Source of the DNA: an uncultured Gammaproteobacteria bacterium
GTDB taxonomy: Bacteria > Pseudomonadota > Gammaproteobacteria > JAAEPA01
Length of the DNA stretch: 64,000 nucleotides
Assembly: GCA_963731655.1 (NCBI GenBank)
Contig: CAVSWL010000005.1
Location: 361,862 to 425,861 of the forward strand
Reading direction: 5' to 3'
The position numbers and the translations under genes are program-made. The notes under the pieces are model-generated. The model was not told where the DNA came from, did not search any database, and saw nothing but the letters and a program-made list of their open reading frames with translations. How positions within the stretch are numbered: the stretch's first letter is position 1; the number at the start of each line of letters is the position of its first letter. Positions 20,857 through 31,908 of this stretch are shown here, piece by piece.

Positions 20857-21488
20857 ATTTCTTTAAGAATAATTAGGATATAAAAGCAAAGCGTGATCAA
20901 TTGTTGCGCACTTTTGGTTTTCATAAGCGTGTGAGGTCCGTGAGACTGAATTAGTCCAAACCGTATTATATCGACTCAATACACTATTTGGTGAGCACCT
21001 GAGCACTAACCGATTCGACCTATCAGTTGCATAAATTTGGGGCATAAAGTACGTGAAGACCCGAAAAATATAGGGTGAAATAGCACTTTTAGTATTGTGC
21101 AGCTATCGGGTCGACTCGCCGGCGGGCTATTCTCCGCTACCAAGCGATGAATTGGATGACATCTTAGGCCTTCCAGAATCTATCGGATGACTGAGGAAAG
21201 AAAATCTAAGGTAGGACAACGACACTTCGCACTGATGATTAATGCCGCAAAGTCTATTCAATCGGTATTATCTTTGAAAGGATACTTACAGTGCGAAGCA
21301 AACAATAAATATCAGAAGTGATATATCAACTCTTTCAATAATGAATGGCACTATCGCCAGATATATAAGTAGTACGAACGTACGAACAATTACTGATATA
21401 GGTTGCTTACAAGTGATTATTGTTTTAGCCGTCTAAATATTTATTAATATACTTAATATGATGACCGGTCGTTAGGATTGCATTACTA

Positions 21489-22292
21489 TTATTTGAACAA
21501 ATCCTTAAATTTTTCTTCTACCTTCTGTTTTTGATCCTCAATCTTATTATCAATTTTTTCATTGAGTTTCGCTTTCCCTCTATTAAAATTATCATTCGCT
21601 TCTTTTTGGAGTACGTCAATCCCTTTTTTGGCGCCTTGTTTTTTTATCTCATTAATGGCCTGATCAATTAATCGCACCAATATCTCCTTGGCGATGTTTG
21701 CAATGGAGGACCCACTTTTTCCGCCAAGATCGTTCAGATTAATTTGAGGAAGTTTAAGCACAAAATGTTGTTGGTCCAACGGGACAAAAGTAGCATTCAA
21801 TGTTCCTTCATTGAAATACAGGTGGTGAATAATTAATCGAATATTGTTTGTTCTTGGTTCTGTTTCTGTGGAAGGTTCTGGTTGGTGGGGAAAACTTGAA
21901 GCGATATTATCTTTCAAAATAGCAAGATTAGTTTGGCGTTCTGCATTCATTTCATAATACACTTGAGGTGCCTTGATACGAATCTGATCGATCACGATGG
22001 GATTTTGGGTAATACTTTGGGTATTAATCTTGGTACTTATATGATCCAATGAGAAGGCATTCGGTGCGTCAAAACCTTTAGGATTGGAGATCGTGAGTCC
22101 ATCTATGGCGCCAGTGCCATCCGCGAGCGTAATCTTTACACTGTTTACACTTACTGATGTTCGTGTCACTTGGGAACCGTATTTTTCAATTGCGCTCCGA
22201 ACCAAGAAATCAAGGTTGGTAAGTATAAAATACAATGATCCTGAGATGACAATAAACAGCAGAAAGCCAATTGTGAATATTGCTTTTTTCAT
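21489..22292 (-). CDS. N-terminally membrane-anchored hypothetical protein (possibly AsmA-like/DUF748-like) with K/E-rich helical tail
   Basis: 267 aa. N-terminal TM (FTIGFLLFIVISGSLYFIL), beta-rich middle, C-terminal highly charged segment (KLNEKIDNKIEDQKQKVEEKFKDLFK). Family assignment is from memory only. Confidence 0.55.
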   Translation of the reverse strand: MKKAIFTIGFLLFIVISGSLYFILTNLDFLVRSAIEKYGSQVTRTSVSVNSVKITLADGTGAIDGLTISNPKGFDAPNAFSLDHISTKINTQSITQNPIVIDQIRIKAPQVYYEMNAERQTNLAILKDNIASSFPHQPEPSTETEPRTNNIRLIIHHLYFNEGTLNATFVPLDQQHFVLKLPQINLNDLGGKSGSSIANIAKEILVRLIDQAINEIKKQGAKKGIDVLQKEANDNFNRGKAKLNEKIDNKIEDQKQKVEEKFKDLFK

Positions 22293-22454
22293 AATTTAGA
22301 CCCCTATTAAGCTTTCATTCTCTAATACTTATAATGTTGTGTCGGAATCATCTCGTCCAACAAAATAAGCCTCATTAAGGTGTCTATCAAGTCCAAGTTG
22401 GTTTGAGCCTTTATATACTTCATAGTTGCGGAAGGAAGCCGTGTCCTACATTAG

Positions 22455-23309
22455 CTAAAACAGGTAGCCGACGGTAATATTGGCGAGATATTGCCATTCT
22501 TGCTGGATAATTGGGCTGTTCCGGACTTCACCGATCATCCATTTTGCACCAGTTGTTCCGGTGATAAGGATGTGATCGGACAGAAACCAGCCGGCACTGA
22601 CACCGACATTCGCGCTCCTCAATCCCGAATTCGCGTGATAGGTTGGTAATCCGGTCGCAGCCGATTGCGATGGTGTCACGTTAAAATATGTGCCCAGTGC
22701 ATTGGCGTCACCGACGACCACGGAACCGCCTAGAAAGACGAAATAACGCTCAGACTCACTTCCGGCAATCGGGAAGTAGGCCGATACACTTCCGGTAACA
22801 CCATCTCCGTCGCGGAAGGTATAGCGCATATCAACGGAAAAAATAAAGGGAATTTCATATTCGGAATAGTGTACGCGTAACACGTAGTCGGTAAAGACGC
22901 GAAACTGCGGCGCTGGATCGATGCCGGGTAGACCATTCAGTCCGTCTACATTGTCTTTGCGGCCGAGGTCATAAGTGGCCGAGGCCCCAATGCGATAGTC
23001 GTGACTACGCCAGATGTCATAGCCGAAGCCTTCCCCGCCTGACAAAAAAAGCCGACTTTTATAGCGGACGTTGATGACTGCGCTCGGCTGCAAACGATAG
23101 TTGTCGGATCCTTCGTATTCTGGCTCGAACACAGTACCGGGTCCGATAATCACACGCCATGTCGGTGCATCCTTACCAAACGGAGCGAGCACTTCACCTG
23201 CGGAGAATTGCCAGTGTCCTAATGGCGTCGGTGTTTGTGCCCGGGCTAGAGAAAACGAGCTGACGGTTAAAATAATCGCCGCCGCAGCTGCGTTAACGCG
23301 ATATAACAT
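22455..23309 (-). CDS. mipA: MipA/OmpV-family outer-membrane protein
   Basis: Signal peptide MLYRVNAAAAAIILTVSSFSLARAQ (ATG at 23309 with GGAGGA 6 nt upstream). Beta-barrel-like alternating pattern. C-terminal aromatic end ...VGYLF. Family-typical length of about 280 aa. Confidence 0.7.
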   Translation of the reverse strand: MLYRVNAAAAAIILTVSSFSLARAQTPTPLGHWQFSAGEVLAPFGKDAPTWRVIIGPGTVFEPEYEGSDNYRLQPSAVINVRYKSRLFLSGGEGFGYDIWRSHDYRIGASATYDLGRKDNVDGLNGLPGIDPAPQFRVFTDYVLRVHYSEYEIPFIFSVDMRYTFRDGDGVTGSVSAYFPIAGSESERYFVFLGGSVVVGDANALGTYFNVTPSQSAATGLPTYHANSGLRSANVGVSAGWFLSDHILITGTTGAKWMIGEVRNSPIIQQEWQYLANITVGYLF

Positions 23310-23809
23310 AGTGTCCTCCATACTGGCGCGCCATATGCGTGACTGGAACGGATATTCGTTACTCGTCCAAATTGCTCGAACGCGACAATTTTTACAGAGG
23401 CGCATAGACTTTCAAGTATCAAAATGCGAACAGTGGTAACTATTCTGTTGCACGAAGCCGCGACATGTGACGGGTGTATTTCTTGTGTAAGTTTTCTAAC
23501 GTTTCAATTTCTACGGGTGTCAGGGTTTCACAAATAACATCGGAAAGGCAAAAGCGCCGTTTTGCTTAAAATTTAACCTATTAATTCGCATTAGAATTAT
23601 ATTGATATAGGACTATATTAACGTGTTTTTTAAAAGACTTTCAGTCGCCTACTTAGATTCCCGCCGACCATCATGGGAAGCACTAAGGGAAAGCACGAAA
23701 GCGTGTCTCTCGGTATCTCGACAGTCATTTGGCGATATTTCAAAGGCCATGCAAATTCGGCTGAGTACGATGCCAGGACGCGTTTGTTTGCAGCCAACTT
23801 AGAGACTGT

Positions 23810-23841
23810 TGCGTAAGTCCATTGTGGGTCCCAATGTGGGT
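23810..23841. repeat. 32-nt near-perfect palindrome CATTGTGGGTCCCA-ATG-TGGGTCCCACAATG
   Basis: 14-bp arms with a single central mismatch. Also contains the direct repeat TGTGGGTCCCA twice. Lies in an 800-bp non-coding gap between divergent mipA and the GH15-like gene. Confidence 0.5.
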
Positions 23842-24405
23842 CCCACAATGGGAAACACCTTTGAGTTATGCCCTCTAGCGCTTCAAGAGTGTGTTAGTAA
23901 AAGCGGACAATTCTATTTGTGTCTAACAGGGTCGAAGTTATGAGTATAAAACCGCCTAAAGTTGTTTTTTAAAATGAGTATATAACACTAAGGAGCTATA
24001 CGAACGAAATTTGTTGTGTCGGCTATCCCAGGATTGAACGGGAGAGTACACGCTGACTATTTTGGCCATTTAAGCGGGTCTAGCCAGAGAGCAAGAGACT
24101 GATGTCTCCAAGGAAGTGGTTCTCACTGCGGACTACGGTGGGGGTACTCAAATGCGTAATGGCTGAGGAGGAGCACTGTTGAAGCAGCGAAGCAGCATTG
24201 ATGCGACTCACGCGAAAGCCGTTACGGAAAGCCGGGAGGTACGAAAGTGCTGGATCTGCTCAATGACACCACAGTCCAAACAGTTATGCGCGGTGCCGAT
24301 GACTTTCCCTTAAGCAGCGGGGATCGCCTATCTGGTAAAAATGACTTGGCAGTATGCTGTCGTTTTATTACGTACGCGGCGAACGTCGCGTGGAAAGGAG
24401 GTTTC

Positions 24406-26658
24406 ATGCCACTGAAATGGTTTCCCTGGCGTTTTCTGGTGGGCCGGCTGGCGCGCTCCTATGGATTTCTCGACCCGATCCAGTGGCTCAACCGCCTGCG
24501 CGCTTTTGCGCATCCCTCGGAAGTCACAGAGCCTGTCGAGTTACTGCGGGCCGGTGTGTTGTTTCACGCACGCGGCCTCATTAATACCAAAGCCATCCAG
24601 AACAATCTGGATTGGGTCTGGCCCTACTGGGTTGAACGCCAGTTCAATCCCGCCGACGCTTCCTTCGTACCGCGGGGCTTTTCCTTCAGCCACATCAATC
24701 TCACGCATCGCAACTGGACGGCGGTCGGTCTGCCCGACGTGCCTTATTATTCCATTGTTGACCCGCGCGGGCTGGTGACACCGTTCCATGATTCCTGGTC
24801 GCTCGACTTCTGGCTGTTGGACGGCGATAAACCGCCGGTGCTGCCGTCGAAACTGGAACGGTTCGATCAATGGCTTGAAGTGGATACCCATCTCACAGTG
24901 GTCTCCGAGTTCAAATTTGAAACCGGTTCTGTGCAAACGCGGACATGGATGGAAATTGAGGATCGCTCCCCGTGCTGTGTAGTCTCCATCGACGTTATTG
25001 CGCCAGACTCCGCCAGATTGGCTGTCGCCGTGCGCCCTTATAACCCCGAAGGTGTCAGCTTTATAGATTCCATTAAGGTCGAGGAAGACCGCCGCCATTG
25101 GCGTGTGAACGATGCGGGGCGAATCCAGTTCAATCGCGAACCGAACCAGTGCTGTTTCTCCACGTACCGGGACGGCGACGTATTACATCTGATTGATTCG
25201 GGCACGGAATCTTCGGGAACGGCTTGCGCTGCGTCCATGGCGACGGGTGCGGCAATATTCGCGATCAATGCCTTGGAAACTAAGCCACTCGAAGTGCGCA
25301 TCCCAGTGCTTGCCGAACGAGCCCAAAAGATCGCGAGGATTGAGATCTCACCAACCAATTGGCCCAGCGCCATCGCCAAATGCAGCCACCTGCAAATTCC
25401 CGACTCCTCATTGCAGAAACTCTACGATACCGCCGTAGCTTCCTTGATCCTCCACGCGCCGGGTGAGGTTTACCCAGGTCCTTACACTTACAAGCGATTT
25501 TGGTATCGCGACGCGGCGTTCATCCTCAACGCGTTGATCACGCTCGGTGCGCACGAGCGGGCAAAACGCTGTCTCGATTTGTTCCCGCACGGCCAGACAA
25601 TGCAGGGATATTTCCGTTCGCAAGTCGGCGAATGGGATTCCAATGGCGAAGTGCTCTGGATCATGCAGCGCTACCTGCAACTGACCGGCGTGCCGCTACC
25701 GCACGAGTGGCAAACGCCGGTCGAAAAGGGGACCAAATGGATCATGAACAAACGCCTTCCGAAGAACGGCCGAACCCCACGGCGGGCTGCTCCCGGCGGG
25801 GTTCAGCGCTGAACATCTCGGGCCGAACGACTATTATTATTGGGATGATTTCTGGGGTGTCGCCGGCCTGCGCTGCGCCGCAAAGATGCTTAGACCGATG
25901 GCGCCGGAAAAAGCCGTGCGCTACGCGGCGAACGCCGATGAATTTTTAGCCACCATCGTCGCGTCGTTCCAATACCTTCCGACGCGGCGCTTCCGTGGCG
26001 CCATCGCCGCGTCTCCTTATCGTCGCATGGATGCCGGCGCCATGGGATCGCTGGTGGCGGATTATCCCTTGCAACTATTTGCCCCTGGCGATAACGAATC
26101 ATGAAGACCGCCGAATATTTGCTCGCGCACAGTTCGTTTGCTGGGGGGTTCTTTCAGAATATGATTCACAGCGGCATCAACGCTTATCTCACCTTGCATC
26201 TGGCGCAAGTCCTATTACGTGCGGGTGATCTGCGCGCGCTGGAGTTGGTGGATACTACGGCGCGCTTGGCCAGCCCGACCGGACAATGGCCCGAGGCGAT
26301 TCACCCCCATACCGGCGGTGGTTGCATGGGCGACGGCCAACATATTTGGGCTGCCGCCGAATGGGCATTGATGATTCGCAATCTCTTCGTGCGCGAGGAA
26401 GGCAACACGCTGGTGCTGGGTGCCGGGCTGTTTCCTCGTTGGCTGCAACAACGCAAACCGCTGCTGTTCGGTCCCACCCTGACGCCATTCGGCCCCGTCA
26501 CCCTGTCGTTACAGCCGGAAGCTACAAGGCGCTTTGTCGTGACTCTAGAAGCCCGGTGGCGCGGTCCCGCGCCCAATCTCGACGTGCGCGTTCCGGGTTA
26601 TTCTCGCGTGACACCGTTGAATGCACCGCACGAATTTCTAATCGAGGTTGACGCATGA
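24406..26658 (+). pseudogene. GH15-like (glucoamylase/trehalase-type, alpha/alpha-6 barrel) glycoside hydrolase interrupted by two compensating frameshifts
   Basis: Frame 1 runs 24406..25812 and contains KRFWYRDAAFILNAL (GH15 W-x-RD-A-x-F motif). It shifts to another frame near 25770 (GGLLPAGFSAEHLGPNDYYYWDDFWGVAGL...) and returns to the first frame near 26095 (RIMKTAEYLLAHS...). RBS AAGGAGG before ATG 24406. The stop overlaps the GT4 start (ATGA). Confidence 0.65.
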
Positions 26659-27956
26659 AAATCTGCATGATGACTAACACCTATTTGCCTCACGTGGGCG
26701 GCGTAGCGCGTTCCGTGCACACGTTTGCGGAGACGTTCCGCAAACGCGGTCATCGCGTACTGGTGGTTGCCCCAAAATACCCGGGAGACGAAAGGTTGCA
26801 GGCAGGTGTAAAGAAGCGAGTGGTGCGGCTGCCGGCAATTCAGCAGTTCAATGGCAGCGATTTTTCCGTGCACCTGCCGCTGATGTGGCAGGTTAATCCG
26901 ATATTGAACAAATTCAAACCGGACATCGTTCACTCGCACCATCCCTATTTGCTGGGGGATTCGGCGTTGCGCTACGCCGCGGACAAAAACGCGCCGGTCA
27001 TCTTCACGCATCACACCTTGCATGAGGAATACACGCACTATGTCCCGTTCGATTCCTCTGCGCTCAAACAATTCGTGATCGAGCTTTGTACCCAATACGC
27101 AAATCTCTGCGACGCCGTCATCGCCCCCAGCGAGAGCATCGCGCAATTGATTCGGCGGCGCGGCGTGACGGCGCCCATTGAGGTCATCCCGACTGGCATT
27201 GACGTTACGGCGTTCACCGCGGGACAACGTGCCCGATTTCGCCAAACTCACGGTCTACCGGCGAATGCGTTCATCGTGGGCCACCTCGGCCGGCTCGCGC
27301 CAGAAAAAAATCTCGAATACCTTGCGCGATCCGTGGCGCATTTTCTCCAACTAAGCGACAACGCGCGATTCCTCGTGGTGGGCGATGGGCCAATGTCATC
27401 AACTGTTCGCGAGATCTTTGTCCGCGAAGGTCTTGCCGCGCGGCTCGTCATGCCCGGCAAACTGAGCGGCAAGAATTTATACGATGCCTATGCAGCGATG
27501 GACGTGTTCGCCTTTGCGTCCTTGACGGAAACGCAAGGCCTGGTGCTGACCGAAGCCATGGCAGCCGGACTGCCGGTGATTGCGCTGGATGCCAGCGGTG
27601 TGCGCGAAGTGGTGCGCAACGGCACCAATGGTTTGCTGCTGGGTGCCGATACCGACGCAAGCTCGTTTGCCACGGGACTTCGGCACATTGAGCAGGATCG
27701 CGCTTTGCACAAGCAGTTGCGCCTGGGTGCACAACGCACGGCGCGGGAATTTTCCGAAAACGCTTGCGCCCGAAAAACTTTGAATCTTTATGAACGCATG
27801 CTGAGTCAAAGCCGGCGCGAACGCTCGCAAACCGAACAGGAAACTTTCGGTACGCTGCGCAAACGCTTAGCCGTGGAATGGGGCTTGGTCACCGGAAAAT
27901 CTGAAGCTGTGATCGAGGCGATAGCCAGGGATCAGCAATCGCAAAAGGCCTCGTGA
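26655..27956 (+). CDS. Glycosyltransferase family 4 (GT-B, retaining)
   Basis: 433 aa. N-terminal MKICMMTNTYLPHVGGVARSV motif. C-terminal GT4 E-x7-E region (LTEAMAAGLPVIALDASGVREVV). Translationally coupled to the upstream GH15-like gene. Confidence 0.85.
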   Translation: MKICMMTNTYLPHVGGVARSVHTFAETFRKRGHRVLVVAPKYPGDERLQAGVKKRVVRLPAIQQFNGSDFSVHLPLMWQVNPILNKFKPDIVHSHHPYLLGDSALRYAADKNAPVIFTHHTLHEEYTHYVPFDSSALKQFVIELCTQYANLCDAVIAPSESIAQLIRRRGVTAPIEVIPTGIDVTAFTAGQRARFRQTHGLPANAFIVGHLGRLAPEKNLEYLARSVAHFLQLSDNARFLVVGDGPMSSTVREIFVREGLAARLVMPGKLSGKNLYDAYAAMDVFAFASLTETQGLVLTEAMAAGLPVIALDASGVREVVRNGTNGLLLGADTDASSFATGLRHIEQDRALHKQLRLGAQRTAREFSENACARKTLNLYERMLSQSRRERSQTEQETFGTLRKRLAVEWGLVTGKSEAVIEAIARDQQSQKAS

Positions 27957-28182
27957 TTTCGAGGCGGGACCATTTATTCCGGAGCCAATGTGCGAGGCCT
28001 GCTTCAGACAGGCTGTTCGAGTTCTGATCTCTATTATGGACGAGGCAACCCCCGGCTAGGACGCGACCTCGAGGTTACGCGATCTATTGCGTCGCATCCT
28101 TGGTTCGCTTGCTCAGCTTTTAGGTTTCACATTCTCCGTCGCTGGGAAATCCCGTTTTCTTGCTAATAGTCGAACGCTTAGC

Positions 28183-29154
28183 CTACTGTTGTTCCCCGAG
28201 TGTGTCCGCCATATAGGCGCCACGCTCCCCCATGGGCTTAATGGGGCTCTGTGTGGAGTCAATTTGGGTTTGATGTTCCATCTCCGCATTGATTTCGGCT
28301 CCGAGTAATATGATGTAGGTGGATACGTAGAACCACAAGATAAGTATAACTACTGCGCCGAGTGAGCCGTAGGTTTTGTTGAAATTGCCAAAGTGGGACA
28401 CATAGTATGAAAATAGCACAGAACCAATCATCCACAGTACGGTCGCTACGACCGCGCCCCAGCTGACCCATCGCCACTTGGCATGGGTGCGGCAGGGCGC
28501 GTACCGATACAAAACCGCCAGTCCGAGAATCATCGCTAACGCCAGAAAAGGCCAACGCATAAGACTGACCATGGTCTGTGAGAGGTATCCTAGCCCTAAA
28601 TGACCCAATAGAATCGGGAGCGCTACGATTAGACCGATAGCGACGGTACTCGCTAGGATTGCGCCTGCTGTAAAGACTAAGGTAAGCGCCGTGAGTGTAA
28701 TTAGACCCCGGCGCTCGCGTTCGCCATAGACGATATTGAGGGCGATGATCAACGCGCGGATTCCCTTTGTAGCGCTCCCGATTGAAAGCCCAAGAGCGGT
28801 TACCAGTCCAAGACTCAGAGCGGTTTGCGAACTTCCGGTGATTTCACGAATTTGATGCATAAATAGACTTTGAACATCAGGCGGCAGCGGACGGCCGAGC
28901 TCCGCGAGTTGTTCCTGGACATCGGCCGGATTGGCGACTAAGCCGTAGATCGAGATCATTGCCGCCAAGGCCGGGAAGAGAGCGAGGAAAGCATAAAGCG
29001 CCACACCAGGTGCCACGATCGACAGATTGTCACGGTCCACTTGTTGCCATACCCGCAACACAATATCGCGCCAACCAGGCGCAGGGATCTGGCTTGGCCA
29101 CACGGCCATACGTCCTCGTCCGTGGAATGCTCGGTTTTGCTCAGATAGTGCCAT
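28183..29154 (-). CDS. YihY/BrkB (virulence factor BrkB / RNase BN-like) family membrane protein
   Basis: 323 aa, 6 TM. Conserved YGSLGAVVILILWFYVSTYIILLGAEINAE C-terminal block. Confidence 0.8.
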   Translation of the reverse strand: MALSEQNRAFHGRGRMAVWPSQIPAPGWRDIVLRVWQQVDRDNLSIVAPGVALYAFLALFPALAAMISIYGLVANPADVQEQLAELGRPLPPDVQSLFMHQIREITGSSQTALSLGLVTALGLSIGSATKGIRALIIALNIVYGERERRGLITLTALTLVFTAGAILASTVAIGLIVALPILLGHLGLGYLSQTMVSLMRWPFLALAMILGLAVLYRYAPCRTHAKWRWVSWGAVVATVLWMIGSVLFSYYVSHFGNFNKTYGSLGAVVILILWFYVSTYIILLGAEINAEMEHQTQIDSTQSPIKPMGERGAYMADTLGEQQ

Positions 29155-30145
29155 TGACAGTTACCGGTATTTTATTGCCGATTTCACAACGATCGGCGCC
29201 AAAAATGAACCCTCATCACTTAAACTTCCTAGATATCATGAGGCCAACTAAATTGAAATCTGATTTAACAGTCACAACCTAGCTGATTGAGTCACCTTTC
29301 TGCTTAGGCAAATTTTGAGCAACCGGCATACCAGTTGTTATTTATTGAATGAATGTGAAATAGAAATTCACCTTCGGGACCGAGTCACCGAAATTCGCCA
29401 TTAGCTCTATGTCGCCGCCTTCAACGCAACATCAGTAGGCTGTTGACGGATTTTGTATGATTCGATGGCATAGATTTTTGAAATTCTTACAATGAAATGT
29501 AGTCGTTACAATTTCATTAACTTTATGCTTTCAACATTCGAGTCGATGCTCATGCGCATCAACCCTAATTGCAGCAGGCCAGCCGGAAGTAGTGGTTTGT
29601 ACCGATCTGGTGCCTGGAGAATTCCAGGCCACCACAGTTACTGGGCCATGCGGTTGCTGAGCCTTACAACTTCCGTCAGATTCGGTAATGATAGGCTTAT
29701 CGATAAGGATACGGGTCCGCGCTATCAGTGCAGTACATAATTCCAATCACACTTTTCAAACTGTGGTTTCGAAGTTTCAGTGAGCACGTCGAGCTAGAAT
29801 ATGGCTGACTGTGGAGTGGCTTCCACTCAGTGCGCAGTTGAACGCTTATGTTCCGTGTTTTCCCAGCGATTGATCTTCTCAGTCTAACCGCTAACCGAAG
29901 GATTAGTGGAGCGAAGTGTTTTGGATTTAAACATAGAACAGGTTCCCCCAATTCTAAAACTGTAGAATTCTAAACATTCGCTTAGGTCATGAGACTTTTA
30001 TCACGAACAATGTAGTTACGAAGTCGATACGATACTGGCACCATCATTTTATAAAACCAGTACAAATCGGCAGCGGTATGGTTTCGACCCTATAGCAACA
30101 GTCAGTGATGTCCAGATCATGGCAATTTTACTTTTCGAGTGGTGG

Positions 30146-30985
30146 TTATGCTCCACGTTCCGGAATCGTTCCATTCTCGTCTGAAATGATGACCTCCACA
30201 CGGCGATTTTGCGCTCGTCCACCTAACGTATCATTACTGGCAACGGGAAAGGCCTCCCCATAACCTCGCACTCGAATGCGATTCGCACTGACACCACGAT
30301 GTAGCAATGCTTCACGCACAGCGTTTGCGCGCTGCTCGGACAGCCGTTGGTTGTACTCTTGGGACCCTCTGCTGTCTGTGAAACCTTCAATTAGGATGGT
30401 GCGATTTTTATGCTTGTGCATGAACCCGGCAAGACGGTCCATGGTGCGATACGCTCCTGAGTTTAAGCGAGCTTTGTCATAGTCAAACAAAACATCGTTT
30501 AAGGTTAGTACCAATCCTCGTTCTGTTTCATGAGCCTTAAGCTGTTGAACCTCTTCTTGCAATGACTTTGTTCGTATTCTGGCTTGCTCTGCCTGCTTAC
30601 GAGCTAATTCAGCTTCTTTGGCGTGGGCTTGAATACGGACTCGATCTCGTTCTGCGCGCGCTTCTTTCACAGTATGCTCGGCCGCGCCGAGTTTGGCTCT
30701 CTCGACAGCGATGGCTACACGTTGTTTGGCCAGATACGCCTGGTGATCGATATTCTGGTCGTCCTCTCCTTTCTTCCATGACGATTCGGCTTTATTGAAC
30801 TGGTCTTCCGCATCCTTTAAAGACACCGGAGCATACTGGTTAACTTGCGGATTTTGCTCCGCTGCTGCGAGAGCCGCTCGCGCGACTTCAACCTTGGGAT
30901 TTTTGGCGGGTGTGGCGCATCCTACTATTCCTATTAAAACTCCAGTAACAGCCATCAGATGATATGTAGATTTATCGATATTCAT
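30146..30985 (-). CDS. OmpA-family lipoprotein with N-terminal DUF4398-like coiled-coil domain
   Basis: Lipobox LIGIVGC. A/E/K/R-rich coiled coil. C-terminal OmpA_C (LVLTLNDVLFDYDKARL...IEGFTDSRGSQEYNQRLSEQRANAVREAL...NRRVEVIIS). Confidence 0.8.
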   Translation of the reverse strand: MNIDKSTYHLMAVTGVLIGIVGCATPAKNPKVEVARAALAAAEQNPQVNQYAPVSLKDAEDQFNKAESSWKKGEDDQNIDHQAYLAKQRVAIAVERAKLGAAEHTVKEARAERDRVRIQAHAKEAELARKQAEQARIRTKSLQEEVQQLKAHETERGLVLTLNDVLFDYDKARLNSGAYRTMDRLAGFMHKHKNRTILIEGFTDSRGSQEYNQRLSEQRANAVREALLHRGVSANRIRVRGYGEAFPVASNDTLGGRAQNRRVEVIISDENGTIPERGA

Positions 30986-31048
30986 AACTCACCTCTTGAT
31001 TCTCAGAATATGAATCAATAGTAAGACAGATATAAGGTGTAGCTTCGC

Positions 31049-31423
31049 TTAGCTTTCCGGGATACCCATCTCTTTGCGAAGCAGACGAATACTTTTCTGT
31101 ATTTCTTGCGCAGATTTTTCTGCTTTCGCAGATAATGCTTTCTGCTCAGCGAGCTCGGCATCAACCTGTGCTTCTTCTGCGCGTTGTTTTGCCCGTTCGA
31201 AATCTTCTTGTTCGATGGCGTTCCGTGCGTCTTGCAATTTCGCGCGAGCATTACGAAGCGCCAGCGGCGCGTAATCTTGCGATTCAACTTCCGCGGCTTC
31301 ATTCACCGCAGTTTGGGCTCTGGTTATTTCGTCATTTGGCGGGGGCATACTGGCGCACCCACAGAGTAAGTAAATTGAACCGGCTACTAAACTTGTTGCA
31401 ACTTTTGGGTATTGAGTATTCAT
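31049..31423 (-). CDS. DUF4398-type small lipoprotein
   Basis: 124 aa. Lipobox LLCGC. Helical charged body (RAQTAVNEAAEVESQDYAPLALRNARAKLQDARNAIEQEDFERAKQ). Immediately upstream of the DUF4398-OmpA gene on the same strand. Confidence 0.7.
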   Translation of the reverse strand: MNTQYPKVATSLVAGSIYLLCGCASMPPPNDEITRAQTAVNEAAEVESQDYAPLALRNARAKLQDARNAIEQEDFERAKQRAEEAQVDAELAEQKALSAKAEKSAQEIQKSIRLLRKEMGIPES

Positions 31424-31908
31424 GACATCATCCCCCGATCCAGAAGCATGTTGTTGATGACTATGCCAGAGTTAATAGCAGGATAAATGCCACTTTTATA
31501 ATTTATTACTCTAGCTATATAGAGCAAATCGCGCTCGGTATCGTTAGTCCAAACTCTATGCCTACATTCAGGCGTTATTCATAACACGTGAGTTGATCCG
31601 ACAATAGCTCCTAACTTGTTCCATGAGTATTAGAAGCGTTTTTCAAATTTGTGACCGATATTGGCGCATGATATTTCCTCATGAACCATCTGCAATGGTG
31701 TCGATAGCAGTACTTCAATAATCTATAGTTTGTAGAATTTACATTTCAGGGAAAAATTTACTTTGGATCGGCGCTGAAATTAAAGCCTCTACGGACCGCG
31801 CCTTAGCTCTAGATAGTGCTCAGGGACATACACAGAAAGCGCATTTGGAATGACATGAAAACGCGCCGGGGACCTAGTGATAAACTCACCATCCGCAGTA
31901 ATCGGTAG

